Source of the DNA: an uncultured Candidatus Actinomarina sp.
Lineage (GTDB): Bacteria > Actinomycetota > Acidimicrobiia > Actinomarinales > Actinomarinaceae
NCBI GenBank assembly: GCA_902635945.1
Contig: CACPPU010000001.1
Span: 431,216 to 495,215, forward strand
Direction of reading: 5' to 3'
DNA: 64,000 bases
Under the pieces are notes generated by a model, which saw only the letters and a program-made list of their open reading frames with translations, was not told the origin of the DNA and ran no database searches. Below, in pieces: positions 10,626-21,037 of the stretch. Position numbers and translations under genes: made by a program. Numbering within the stretch: position 1 is the stretch's first letter; every line of letters starts with the position of its first letter.

Positions 10626-11738
10626 ATGAATATAATTCTGTTTTTTACATACGGTGTGTCTCTTAAAAATTGGAAATCCTCTGGCTTATTCGATAGAGAA
10701 ATCAAGCTATACAAACATCTCTCAAAAAATCATGATTTAAATATTACCTTTGTAACTTACGGTGATGAAGGTGATTTGATTTATTCTGACGAGTTACCTG
10801 AAATTGAAATTGTTCCTTTATACAAATATTTTAAAAATTTTAATAATAAAATTCTAAATTTATTTTATTCCCTATTTATTGGTTTTAAATTAAAAACTAT
10901 TTTAAAAAAAGAGAAATCATTAATAAAAACAAATCAACTTTGGGGTTCATGGGTTGCAATTATTTTTAAAATAGTTACAAATAACTTATTAATTGTTAGA
11001 ACAGGGTACGATTTAATTAGTTTCAAAAAAAAAGAAAATAAATCTAATTTCATAATTTTTTTCTATTATTTGCTCACACAATTATCATTAATTTTTTCTA
11101 ATTTTTACTTAGTGTCTAGCAAAGCCGATCAAGAGTTTTTAATGAATAGTAAATTAGTACATAAGAAAAAAATAGAATTAATGCCTAATTGGGTGAGTGT
11201 AAGTCAGATTAATTATGATTCTCCTAGAAAAGACATAATTGCAGTTGGGAGACTTGAACACCAAAAGAATTTTGAATATTTAATTAAATCCTTTGCTAAT
11301 TCGGATAAAAAAATTAATTTAGTTGGGGATGGGACACTAAAAATTAAGTTACAAATGATGGCAAAGAACCTTAACTGTAATGTGAATTTTTTAGGAAAGA
11401 TGAGCAATAGAGAAGTGTTGGGCTTAATTGCTAAACACAAATACTATATCTTGACATCACACTATGAGGGCAATCCAAAATCTCTATTAGAAGCAATGAG
11501 TGCAGGTTGCATAGTTATTGCACCAAATAATAAAAATATTGCAGAAATAATTAAAAATGGATTTAACGGTTTTATTTATAGTTCAGAAATTGATGATTTA
11601 AACAAACTAATTGACAAATTAGATTCTATGGATTTGTTTGAAATCAAAAAAAATGCATTTGAATATGTAAAAACAAATAATTCATTAGAAAAAATATCAA
11701 AAAAAGAAGTTGAGATTTACAAAAAAGCGCTAGGTTAA
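10626..11738 (+). CDS. GT-B fold glycosyltransferase (GT4-like)
   Basis: VGRLEHQKNFEYLI and SHYEGNPKSLLEAMSAGCIVIAPN motifs. I prefer the ATG at 10626 (MNIILFFTYG...) over the upstream ORF start at 10551. Confidence 0.6.
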   Translation: MNIILFFTYGVSLKNWKSSGLFDREIKLYKHLSKNHDLNITFVTYGDEGDLIYSDELPEIEIVPLYKYFKNFNNKILNLFYSLFIGFKLKTILKKEKSLIKTNQLWGSWVAIIFKIVTNNLLIVRTGYDLISFKKKENKSNFIIFFYYLLTQLSLIFSNFYLVSSKADQEFLMNSKLVHKKKIELMPNWVSVSQINYDSPRKDIIAVGRLEHQKNFEYLIKSFANSDKKINLVGDGTLKIKLQMMAKNLNCNVNFLGKMSNREVLGLIAKHKYYILTSHYEGNPKSLLEAMSAGCIVIAPNNKNIAEIIKNGFNGFIYSSEIDDLNKLIDKLDSMDLFEIKKNAFEYVKTNNSLEKISKKEVEIYKKALG

Positions 11739-13346
11739 ATTTACAAACAGTCTTTGTTCATCTTCATATTCAATTTTTATATGTTCATCATATTCAAACT
11801 CTTGATGATTATGGGTAGAATTTATTATTGTTATATTTTGATCTTTGAGAATATTAAAAATCATATCTCTTGTTTTAGCATCAAGATTTGATGTTGACTC
11901 ATCAAGTAAAAGTAGTTCCGTATTAGCAAGCAAAGCTCTCATAAATGATATTTTTTGCATTTGACCGGATGACAAAGTTCTGTTGGAAATTTCAAATTCT
12001 AAATCATAGTCTTCATTTTTAAACAAATTAAATGTATTTAAAATATTGAGAAGCTCTTGATCGGTTATAGATTTATCAAAATTTCCATAAAGTAAATTTT
12101 CTCTAAGTGTTCCATCAATGATAAGTGGAGTAACACCAACATATCCTATTTTGTTAGTAAAAATGTCTATTGTGCCTTTTTCGGGATAGTAAATTTGAGA
12201 AATAATGCCAAGAAGTGTGCTTTTGCCAGAACCATTAGCACCTGTAATTACAGTATGCTTTCCCTTTTGTATATTTAAATTTAAGTTTTCAAATATGTAT
12301 TCATCAGAGTTGAAATATTTAAAATTTAAATTTTTTAAAGAAACAGCTTGGTCAATATCGGCATCTATATTGTAATAGTCTCCATCAACTTTTAATTTAT
12401 CTCCCTCAAACTGCATAAACTTTTCAATATGTACTGATGAATTTACCAACATATTCAATGTATTATTTGTATTTCCAATTGTTTGAACAAGTCTTAAGGT
12501 TATGCCTAAGAACTCTAAAGTAATACGTGATGCAAAGTTGAAAAATGCTACAAGAGCTGAAATAGTAAAAACCGTTAAAAAGTTTGGCAACAATGAATTT
12601 ATTGTTCCGTAAGCTAAGTTTCTATATTGTGATTCCTGTAAACTTAATAATGATTTTTTATATAAATCCAGCTCATACTTGCTAGTTTTTAGTATTTTAA
12701 TAAGAAATAAGTTTTGAATTACTCTTTGTATGTCTCTTCCAACTTCTTGATTATAAACCCATGATTCATGCATATATTTTCTAGACTTTAACAACAAATA
12801 TCTAGTTGGGAAAAATAATATAAAGCCACCGATACCAAAAGCTGAAATAGTTTGGAAATCTGTATATAAAAGAAAAGATGAATAAACGGCAATTTGAATT
12901 AAGTTATTTAGCATTCCAGCAAGTGCGCCGTAGAAGTATGAGAGATGTCCGCTTAATGCGTTGGTGTAAAAAGTTGCATCAGCAATAGAATAATTTCCCT
13001 TTTTATAAACTTCAGTTAAAACGTATGCTTTTAAATTTCTTTCTACATGAAGTTGCAAATCATGAATATTAACTTTTTCAACTAAAACAATAACAGTTCT
13101 AAAGACAACAATAAATGGGAGCAGATAAATATTGTTTACAATAAATTCAATAAATATAAAGTATGTGGATTCTTCATTTCCTTCACCTCCCAGTAAATAT
13201 GCAAAAACAAGGATTATCAAAATATCAAAAAAGACAGTAATGTTTGCAAGTAAAACAGAAAATAACAACCTAATTTTCTTCTTAGTAACTTTTGTTACTC
13301 TAGATATGTAAATTACTTCATTGTAAAGTTTTCTATATTTTTTCAT
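11730..13346 (-). CDS. Fused ABC exporter (6-TM permease + ATPase), MsbA/PglK-like
   Basis: An N-terminal hydrophobic domain, then Walker A GANGSGKST, signature LSSGQMQK and Walker B LLLLDEST. Confidence 0.8.
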   Translation of the reverse strand: MKKYRKLYNEVIYISRVTKVTKKKIRLLFSVLLANITVFFDILIILVFAYLLGGEGNEESTYFIFIEFIVNNIYLLPFIVVFRTVIVLVEKVNIHDLQLHVERNLKAYVLTEVYKKGNYSIADATFYTNALSGHLSYFYGALAGMLNNLIQIAVYSSFLLYTDFQTISAFGIGGFILFFPTRYLLLKSRKYMHESWVYNQEVGRDIQRVIQNLFLIKILKTSKYELDLYKKSLLSLQESQYRNLAYGTINSLLPNFLTVFTISALVAFFNFASRITLEFLGITLRLVQTIGNTNNTLNMLVNSSVHIEKFMQFEGDKLKVDGDYYNIDADIDQAVSLKNLNFKYFNSDEYIFENLNLNIQKGKHTVITGANGSGKSTLLGIISQIYYPEKGTIDIFTNKIGYVGVTPLIIDGTLRENLLYGNFDKSITDQELLNILNTFNLFKNEDYDLEFEISNRTLSSGQMQKISFMRALLANTELLLLDESTSNLDAKTRDMIFNILKDQNITIINSTHNHQEFEYDEHIKIEYEDEQRLFVNLT

Positions 13347-13395
13347 AAAATTACTGTATTTTCCTTTGCATGTTAAATCCTATTAATATTTCTTT

Positions 13396-14181
13396 TTAAT
13401 TGATAAACTTTTTAAAATTTAATTTTTTATCATTAATTAACAATTTTTCTATATCGTAATTTTTTTGAGCTAAGTCTATTAAATTTTTATTCAACACTTC
13501 TAAGCCGTACCTAATTTCAACAACGGTTCTCTCAATTTCTTGACTGCTATTCTTTACTGTGCTCAAGCCTTTCCCAGCATTTAGATAGTAACCTAAATTA
13601 AAATTAATATGTTTTCCTTTAAATTTCCTTGCTAGTCTCATGGCAAAATCATAATCTGCACCAGAAATTAGTTGTTCATCAAATTTACCAATAGATTCTA
13701 AAACATTTCTTCTGAACATAAAGAATGGTCCCAAGATCATGCCAGTTTTCAATTCATTTTCTCTTCCTTGTTCGTTTATAAATGATCCTTTTCTCTTTTT
13801 ATACTTATCGACAATAAAATAGTTTCCGTATACAAAGCTTATACTTTTATCGCTCTCTAGCTCGTTTACCATTATTTCGAGAGAATCCTTTGTTCTTAAA
13901 TCATCAATGTTCCAAATACATATATATTTACCAGAAGACCTATCAATCATATTATTCCATGCTGCAGGCAAGGAAATCTTTTCACTTTGTACAAAATAAT
14001 TCAACTTATTCTTTTCTACAATCAACTTATTTACTTTTCTAATTTCTTTAGGGGTAGGAAGAATATGCTCAATACAAAGTTCATAATTTTTATAAGATTG
14101 TTCTGCCACATTTTGTAAAAAATATTTTATAAATTTATTAGCTTTATAAGCAGATGTTAAGATTGACAAAGATATCATCAT
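13396..14181 (-). CDS. Family 2 glycosyltransferase-like protein
   Basis: LSILTSAYKANKFIKYFLQNVAEQSYKNYEL and IWNIDD (DxD-like) give a GT-A fold pattern. Confidence 0.6.
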   Translation of the reverse strand: MMISLSILTSAYKANKFIKYFLQNVAEQSYKNYELCIEHILPTPKEIRKVNKLIVEKNKLNYFVQSEKISLPAAWNNMIDRSSGKYICIWNIDDLRTKDSLEIMVNELESDKSISFVYGNYFIVDKYKKRKGSFINEQGRENELKTGMILGPFFMFRRNVLESIGKFDEQLISGADYDFAMRLARKFKGKHINFNLGYYLNAGKGLSTVKNSSQEIERTVVEIRYGLEVLNKNLIDLAQKNYDIEKLLINDKKLNFKKFIN

Positions 14182-14231
14182 AGTGTTTTATTTTAGTAAG
14201 AATAATTTATGATATATCAAGTTGTTAATTG

Positions 14232-15143
14232 TTATCTTTTTAATTGATAGAACACATTTTTCATATAGTAAAAATACTCTTTACTAAAAAATATTTTATG
14301 AATGTTATTAGTAAAAAATTTTATTGCATTATATATACTTGTTTTATTTAGATTCAAATCACCATTATTAAATTCTTTTATTAAATCATGGTAAAAAAAT
14401 GAGTTTAATTTCAACATACCAGAATTTATCCATGGTTTTTCAGCACCAACATAATGAACAAATATTGCTTTACTACTTAATTCCTCTTTGTAAGTCTTTA
14501 TAGTTTTGTTATCTAAATTTATGTGTAAATTTAAATAGTCATAAATATTTAAAAAATTATCTTTAAAGTAATTATTCATCAAATCTTGATCATGATATTT
14601 TAGATTTGAATTTTTCTCATACTCTAGTAACAACATCTTTGTAATATTCTGACTTGTCCATTTTTCATAATCAATGAAGAGAACCCCTGCATTAAAGTAA
14701 GGTTTCAAATTTGTATTCTTGTTGTAATTTACTACATCATACGCACCTATAACTAAATCTGAATCATTTAATTCTGAAAAGGTTTCAAATACAATTTCTT
14801 CAAAACTATTTACAGCAAATACATCTGCATCTAAATAAAGTATATTCTTAATTGAGTCTTCAAGATAATTTGAAATATATAAGCGATAGTAAGTTGCCTC
14901 GCTTAAGTGTCTGTCAAGTTTGGAACTAAATTCTGGGAAGTTCAAATTTGCTTCTAGTTGGTACAATTTAATTGTTATATTATTGTTCGAGTTTGATAAT
15001 TTTGAAATAAAAGGTTTAAATGATTCTTTTTCCTTATGAATAATATGCACTGTTAAATCTTTATCTGAAAACTTAAGCAATGAACATATCGAAATATAGC
15101 ACTGAAGATTGTAGTTACTGTCAATACAATATAAAAAATTCAA
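14232..15143 (-). CDS. Family 8 glycosyltransferase (LgtC/RfaJ-like)
   Basis: YYRLYI, LYLDADVF (DxD), YFNAGVLFID, HDQDLMN and HYVGAEKPW are the GT8 hallmark motifs in the correct order. Confidence 0.75.
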   Translation of the reverse strand: MNFLYCIDSNYNLQCYISICSLLKFSDKDLTVHIIHKEKESFKPFISKLSNSNNNITIKLYQLEANLNFPEFSSKLDRHLSEATYYRLYISNYLEDSIKNILYLDADVFAVNSFEEIVFETFSELNDSDLVIGAYDVVNYNKNTNLKPYFNAGVLFIDYEKWTSQNITKMLLLEYEKNSNLKYHDQDLMNNYFKDNFLNIYDYLNLHINLDNKTIKTYKEELSSKAIFVHYVGAEKPWINSGMLKLNSFFYHDLIKEFNNGDLNLNKTSIYNAIKFFTNNIHKIFFSKEYFYYMKNVFYQLKR

Positions 15144-15144
15144 C

Positions 15145-16263
15145 TTATTTTATCTCACGTTTCGATTCAACAGATAATGCTTGTTTAACTAAATCTTGAT
15201 ATTTATTTAATATCACATCAGATGAAAATCTTTCATTATAGATAAGCTTTGCTTCCTTAGACTTTTCTTCATAATATAACTTATCAAAGCACAGCTTTTT
15301 CATCTCTTTAGAATATGAATAAATATTTTTATTACTAAAAACACGACCAGCATTTCCAATAACCTCTTGTTGTGCATTGGATTCTGCTCTATGGCTAATT
15401 ACCGGTAATCCGTAACTCATTGCTTCTGTAATAACTAATCCCATTGTTTCCCCATATTTTCTTCCATGAGTAAATACATCTAGTGTATTCAAAAATTTAT
15501 CAATTACCTCTGGACTTGCCGAACTATCAAGTTGTTTAAAATTTTTTATTCCTAGTTCTTCTGATTGAGAGGAGTATAATTTTGATCCACCAAGCATTAG
15601 GAAATAGTTATTTTTGTTTTCTACTTTTTTATATGCCTTTAATGGAATCTCTGAAAAAATTGAGTCATCGTTTCTTTGATGGAACCCATAAATAAATTTA
15701 GTATCTAGATTAAATTTTTTTCTAAAATCATTATTACTTTTTCTTAACTCTTTTCTGCAAACCGGTATGATTTCATATCTACTATTATCTCCACCTTGTT
15801 TAAGCCACTTTGTTGCGGAGTCTTTAGAAATAAGTATTGTCCTAAAAATATTATCTTGATTATTAATACCTGCATTTACAGTAACGATATTTATTATTTT
15901 TGTATTCTTTATATGCACAAATGGGTATTCTGGAAATCCTGCTGATGAAGTAATTATTAGTGAATACTTATCCTCAGTGAAAAGTTCCCAAAAATTTGTA
16001 TTGACCCAGGTGTGGAATTTATCAGTAACATCTTTGCGCCCAACTTTAAACTTAATTAATCTAACTTTTGATTTTTCAATAATATTTTTTCTATAATTAT
16101 CAGTATCAGGATGCACCCAATCTGAACCTATGTAGGGTGCTGAGTCGCAGTAATAAAAATCTACTTCGTAATTTTTGGATAAACTAATAGATACATCCTG
16201 AAGGTTTACCTCTGTTCCCCCTGAAGAAAGTCCCCCGAATTTAATAAAAGCAATTTTTTTCAA
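15145..16263 (-). CDS. GT-B fold glycosyltransferase
   Basis: The C-terminal GETMGLVITEAMSYGLPVISH motif. Confidence 0.55.
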   Translation of the reverse strand: MKKIAFIKFGGLSSGGTEVNLQDVSISLSKNYEVDFYYCDSAPYIGSDWVHPDTDNYRKNIIEKSKVRLIKFKVGRKDVTDKFHTWVNTNFWELFTEDKYSLIITSSAGFPEYPFVHIKNTKIINIVTVNAGINNQDNIFRTILISKDSATKWLKQGGDNSRYEIIPVCRKELRKSNNDFRKKFNLDTKFIYGFHQRNDDSIFSEIPLKAYKKVENKNNYFLMLGGSKLYSSQSEELGIKNFKQLDSSASPEVIDKFLNTLDVFTHGRKYGETMGLVITEAMSYGLPVISHRAESNAQQEVIGNAGRVFSNKNIYSYSKEMKKLCFDKLYYEEKSKEAKLIYNERFSSDVILNKYQDLVKQALSVESKREIK

Positions 16264-16325
16264 TAATTAAAGTATAAATAATAAAATTCTTAATTAAAAA
16301 GTTTATTAATAATAGAATTAATTAT

Positions 16326-17234
16326 GTGAGAGATAAGTACTCGATTCATTTTATAACTTATGGAGATAAGAATTACAAAATTCAAAAAAAAAGATTATCT
16401 TATCAAGCTAAACAATTAAATTGTTTTAGAACCATTAATTCTTACGGTTTTGAATCTCTTTCAGAAGAGTTTAAAAACAAGTATTCAAAAATATTAGGAT
16501 CTGATACTGGTGGTGGTTTTTGGATTTGGAAATCTTACATTTTATTAAAAGCATTAGAAGAAACTAATGAAAATGATATTATTTTGTATCTTGATGCGGG
16601 TAGTAGTTTAAATCCTGGTGGTAAAAAACGGTTGTATGAATATTTTGAAAAACTATATGTATCTGAACACTCTTTCTTAAGGTTTGATATTGGGTTGAAA
16701 GAAAAGTATTGGACATCCGGTGAAGTGTTTAATTATTTTAATATTGATATTGATTCTGAATTTGGAAATAGCAATCAACTAGCAGGAGGGATTTTATTTG
16801 TTAAAAATACAGAAAAATCAAAGAGGTTTTTTAAAGAATTTTTAGAAGTAATAGATTATGATCCAAAATTAGTTGATAATAATTATACAAAAAATCAGAT
16901 TGAGGGCTTTAGAAAACCTCGTCATGACCAAAGTATTTTTAGCCTTATGGGGAAAATTTATGGTTCAATTATTATTCCTGATGAAACGTATTTTCATGAG
17001 AATCCAAAAGACCAATATCACTTCCCGATACTTACAGTTAGAGACGGAAAATATAATCTTTGGCAACAAGTTAAATACTATATCCTCTATTTTCAAAATA
17101 TTAAAAAAGTTATTTACTTTGGCGAAAAGCAATATTATTTTAAACGTTCTTCAATATATAAAAGAGCAAAAATTAAATTCGTTACAAAATTAAATAAGTT
17201 TTTTAATTTAAAGACAATACTTTTTTTACCATAA
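16326..17234 (+). CDS. Hypothetical protein, possible glycan-modifying enzyme
   Basis: Long ORF with a GTG start inside the glycan cluster (FITYGDKNY, GGGFWIWKSYIL). I cannot name a family. Confidence 0.4.
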   Translation: MRDKYSIHFITYGDKNYKIQKKRLSYQAKQLNCFRTINSYGFESLSEEFKNKYSKILGSDTGGGFWIWKSYILLKALEETNENDIILYLDAGSSLNPGGKKRLYEYFEKLYVSEHSFLRFDIGLKEKYWTSGEVFNYFNIDIDSEFGNSNQLAGGILFVKNTEKSKRFFKEFLEVIDYDPKLVDNNYTKNQIEGFRKPRHDQSIFSLMGKIYGSIIIPDETYFHENPKDQYHFPILTVRDGKYNLWQQVKYYILYFQNIKKVIYFGEKQYYFKRSSIYKRAKIKFVTKLNKFFNLKTILFLP

Positions 17235-17236
17235 AT

Positions 17237-18343
17237 ATGATGAAAGAAATAAAAAATTACTATGATGCTCTAAGTAAATTAACAGATGAAGAGTTTCTAA
17301 CTGGAAATAATTTTGCCCTGAATGCAGACTTGATATATGCAGAAGCAATTTCATCTAAAAATTTTGAAAGTTTAAATAAAGAAAATCTTCGATATAAATA
17401 TGTTGATGAAAATATTGTGATTTACTCAATTAAAGATTTTGAGATTAAAGAAAATGATGTAATTTTTTGTAAAACAGATTACCTACTTGAGTTATTTTCT
17501 AAATTATATCAAATAAACAATCTTCATAATTTAAAACTAATAACTCACCAAGCAGCAACTCCTTATATTGATAAAAAATTATATGAATTTAAACCAAATT
17601 GTATATCTGAATGGTATTCAATAAATATAGATTTTAAAGAAAAGGGCTTGTTTCCAATTCCTTTGGGAATAGCTAATAATTTTTCAAAACCAAATCTTCA
17701 TGCCGCCAATTTCATGGATCTGTATCAAAACTATAAAGTGGTAAATAAAAAAAATATGCTTTATTGCAATTTCAGAACTAATACTAACCCTTTAAGGAAT
17801 TCTTATTTGCAGCTTATGGAAAATAGCAGTTTCTGTAAAATTACAATGCCAAATTTATCAAAAAAAGAATACTTGACTGATTTAACAAATTATAAGTATA
17901 TTTTTTGTCCCGAGGGTGTGGGCCTTGATACACATAGGTTTTGGGAAGCATTGTATGCTGGAAGTATTCCAGTTGCTAAAAAATATTTATTACACAAAAA
18001 ATATGAAAAATATTATCAAGAGTTTTTATTCAATAAAGATATTCAAATTGAAAACTATAAAGATGTAAGTTTTGACGCTGAATTAATTAAAATGCTGAAT
18101 GTAAGTTTTTGGATGACAAAAATAAAAAAAAGAAAAATTAGCTCTAATAATAAATTTTATATATCTGAGAAAAACAATGATTATAAATTAAGTGAGAAAA
18201 ATCTTTCAAAAAAATATACTAGACATAAAATTTTACAATCAAATTTGAGTCTGTTTTATAAAATTAAATTTTTATTTCAATCTTTAGTGAATTTTAATGA
18301 AAGTTTGGAAAAAAGATTTTGGTATGAAACTACTGGTAATTAG
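17237..18343 (+). CDS. Exostosin (GT47)-like glycosyltransferase
   Basis: YKYIFCPEGVGLDTHRFWEALYAGSIPV resembles the exostosin C-terminal motif (F-C-x-P-x-G-x4-R-x2-E-A-x3-G-x-I-P-V). Confidence 0.5.
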   Translation: MMKEIKNYYDALSKLTDEEFLTGNNFALNADLIYAEAISSKNFESLNKENLRYKYVDENIVIYSIKDFEIKENDVIFCKTDYLLELFSKLYQINNLHNLKLITHQAATPYIDKKLYEFKPNCISEWYSINIDFKEKGLFPIPLGIANNFSKPNLHAANFMDLYQNYKVVNKKNMLYCNFRTNTNPLRNSYLQLMENSSFCKITMPNLSKKEYLTDLTNYKYIFCPEGVGLDTHRFWEALYAGSIPVAKKYLLHKKYEKYYQEFLFNKDIQIENYKDVSFDAELIKMLNVSFWMTKIKKRKISSNNKFYISEKNNDYKLSEKNLSKKYTRHKILQSNLSLFYKIKFLFQSLVNFNESLEKRFWYETTGN

Positions 18344-18728
18344 AGTATGATTTTTCTTCAACTATATCTGAGCTAAATTTCTTATTAATTTGATTTTTGA
18401 TTTCAAACCTTAAGTCATTTTTTATGTAAATGCTTCTTGATAAATCAATAAATTCTTGATCAAACTTTTTTCTTTTTTCACAATCACGAACATTTTCTTC
18501 TATGTCCCAAAGCTCTAAGTTAATTTCTTTCAGTTGTACAAAGTAATTTTCTATTTCTAAATTTAATTCTTTGACTTTAAAGTATTTACTATTTAGTAAA
18601 TCTAATTCGTGTTTTATATTCTGTTTTTTTTCAATATCTTCAATTTTTTGGTATTTTATTTCTAAGATTGTTATTTTATCTAGTAATTCACCTAGTGATA
18701 TTGATACATTAATTCCCATAAAGTTCAA
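18330..18728 (-). CDS. Small conserved-looking helical protein of unknown function
   Basis: 132 aa, charged and coiled-coil-like (GELLDKITILEIK ... ELWDIEE). It overlaps both neighbours. I have a vague recollection of a DUF family seen in polysaccharide loci but cannot verify it. Confidence 0.4.
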   Translation of the reverse strand: MNFMGINVSISLGELLDKITILEIKYQKIEDIEKKQNIKHELDLLNSKYFKVKELNLEIENYFVQLKEINLELWDIEENVRDCEKRKKFDQEFIDLSRSIYIKNDLRFEIKNQINKKFSSDIVEEKSYSNYQ

Positions 18729-19486
18729 TCATAGTCTACAAACTCCCATTTCTTGTTAAAGACTGTTATATTTTTTACTGAAGATTCTCTTTTTGTGTTG
18801 TGAAAATACAAATTTCCTTTTACAGGTATACGTTCTACAAGTGTAAAAATACTTGAATTAATACAGTGGACTTCCTTTGCGTTTTTAATAACATCTAGAT
18901 AAAAGAAGATATTACTAAATATATCTGTTTTTTTCTCAATGAGAATTTTTGGTAATCTGCTTTCTAATTTAACAGAATTTAAATCAAAACTGCCTGAAGA
19001 TCCCTCTAGGTGTAATATTATATATTCTTCTTCGCATCCGTATTGTTTTTTTAAATGCGTTTCAAGTTCTTTATTTTTTTGTGAGTTGTAATTGGGATTA
19101 AAATAGTCAAAAGATATTTTGTAATCTAAATCTAGTTGTGTATAAAAAGATTCGTTATATTTATGTAGAGATTCTAGTTTTTCAAACCCTACTTTGAGTA
19201 TTTGCAATCTATTTGCTTTTGCATAATTATCTATTTCTTCATATTCATTAATGCCCTGTATGCTAAAAACGTTTATTTTACTATTATTTTCATACATAAA
19301 TCTTACTGTTTGGTAATTATTTGGCTTAGAAGGTATGTATATTCTCTCAAATCTTTCCGATAAGTAATTAACCATACCATTTAAGGTAATGTGATCACCC
19401 AAGCCTAAATGGTGGTGAAGAATAAAACTTTTTTCAGTCAAATCTTCAATTTTGTACTTTATTTTGTTTTTTTTTGAAAACAGCAT
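18725..19486 (-). CDS. Hypothetical protein
   Basis: 253-aa ORF translationally coupled to 18330-18728. HHHLGLGDHITLNG lies near the N-terminus. No family recognised. Confidence 0.35.
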   Translation of the reverse strand: MLFSKKNKIKYKIEDLTEKSFILHHHLGLGDHITLNGMVNYLSERFERIYIPSKPNNYQTVRFMYENNSKINVFSIQGINEYEEIDNYAKANRLQILKVGFEKLESLHKYNESFYTQLDLDYKISFDYFNPNYNSQKNKELETHLKKQYGCEEEYIILHLEGSSGSFDLNSVKLESRLPKILIEKKTDIFSNIFFYLDVIKNAKEVHCINSSIFTLVERIPVKGNLYFHNTKRESSVKNITVFNKKWEFVDYD

Positions 19487-19559
19487 GACAATATAAATAA
19501 TATTAAGATTTTTTATTTCTGTATAAAAAATTGAGTAAATAAATTATTAATATTATTTT

Positions 19560-20387
19560 ATGATTATTGCTGAAAAATTTATAAAAAATATATCTTTAGA
19601 TATTTTTTGGGGTGGTTTGGGAAATCATTTACAACAAATTGCTTTAGCAATTATGTATTCAGACAAGTACAACAAAAACTTTTTTTTACACGACCACCAG
19701 TATGTTGGAGATATTGAAAATTGTAAAACTTCTAAAATTTATAGAAAATTTTATCCAACATTTAGGGGTAGATTTTTTTATTTCGGTAGTGAGCAATTTG
19801 AAGACTATGGGACTGATTATCCTATAAATGTAAATGACTTTAAATACTATAAAGAAAACTTTCATAAAGTTATTAAAGAAAGAATTAAACCAAAAATAAA
19901 TTTCTTAGAGAATATTAATTTAGATGAAGATTTATTAGTTGTTCATATAAGAAATTTAGAAGGCCATCCAGACTATGTATCAAATCCAATTAGTTATTAC
20001 AAATTTTTGTTTGAAAAGTATGAAAAAATATTGGTGGTAACAGATAATGAAAAAATGCCAATAATTAATAAATTAAAGAAGTTAAAAAAATTTGAAATAC
20101 AATCAACAACTTTAGAAAATGATTTTAATACGTTAATGTCAGCTTCAAATTTAGCTACATCAGGTGTGGGTACCTTCTCAATCTCAGCTGCAATGATGTC
20201 TGATAATCTTATAAACTTTTACTACTCAAATTATTATTTAGATAGACACTTAAACCCAAAAATGCTTAATGATAAAATCAACAAGTATGAAATTAAATTA
20301 ATTAATTATTTTGGTTATGGTCATTGGAACAAAAAAATTGAAATCTTAGAAAAATATTTATATTCTGACGTAGAAATTAAATCATGA
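19560..20387 (+). CDS. GT11-like (fucosyltransferase-like) protein, divergent
   Basis: The N-terminal WGGLGNHLQQIALA mirrors the GGLGNQ motif of the gene at 7028-7888. HIRNLEG and SGVGTFSISAA occupy the equivalent later motif positions. Confidence 0.4.
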   Translation: MIIAEKFIKNISLDIFWGGLGNHLQQIALAIMYSDKYNKNFFLHDHQYVGDIENCKTSKIYRKFYPTFRGRFFYFGSEQFEDYGTDYPINVNDFKYYKENFHKVIKERIKPKINFLENINLDEDLLVVHIRNLEGHPDYVSNPISYYKFLFEKYEKILVVTDNEKMPIINKLKKLKKFEIQSTTLENDFNTLMSASNLATSGVGTFSISAAMMSDNLINFYYSNYYLDRHLNPKMLNDKINKYEIKLINYFGYGHWNKKIEILEKYLYSDVEIKS

Positions 20388-20404
20388 GTGCCTAAAAATT
20401 ATTT

Positions 20405-21037
20405 TTAAATATTTTTAGTTTTTATATAAAGAGCGTCACCCCAGTCTTCCTTGTCCCCCCACCATTCCGTTTCAACTCTTTTGAAGTCATACTTATCCAA
20501 ATAAATATCGATGTCTTGAACTAAAGCACAATTTTTATACTGCTCAGTTCTATTAACTTCTACAATAATGCTATTAATACTACTTAGTGTATTACTTGCA
20601 CCTTTCAAGACTTCAAGTTCATATCCTTGAACATCAATAGATAAGAAATCAACAGGATCATTTTTAAAAAGAATATCTAATGTTGTTATTTCAACATCAA
20701 CCGTTTCGCTACCGATATAAGGATGTAAGTACGGTTCCAAAAGAGACGAGGATTGCCCAGTATTTTCTTCTACTTCATGAAGGTGTAGCTTACCCTTTGA
20801 TATTTCAGCACCTAGTGCTACATATTCACATCTTACATTTTTGAAATTACCTATATTTTTGTCTATAAAAGGTTTTAGTTTTTTGTTTGCTTCAACAAAA
20901 ACAACAGGTATATCGCCGAATAAATTTTTATAATTTTTAACTTCCCTAGCTTTCCATGCTCCTATATGTCCAACACAATTACTTTTTAAATTGTGTTTAT
21001 CTACAATTGTCTCTAATTTCATAACTTTCCAAGCCAT
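20405..21037 (-). CDS. FkbM-family methyltransferase
   Basis: HIGAWKAREV and FLSIDVQGYELEVLKGA match FkbM-type (Methyltransf_21) motifs. Confidence 0.65.
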   Translation of the reverse strand: MAWKVMKLETIVDKHNLKSNCVGHIGAWKAREVKNYKNLFGDIPVVFVEANKKLKPFIDKNIGNFKNVRCEYVALGAEISKGKLHLHEVEENTGQSSSLLEPYLHPYIGSETVDVEITTLDILFKNDPVDFLSIDVQGYELEVLKGASNTLSSINSIIVEVNRTEQYKNCALVQDIDIYLDKYDFKRVETEWWGDKEDWGDALYIKTKNI

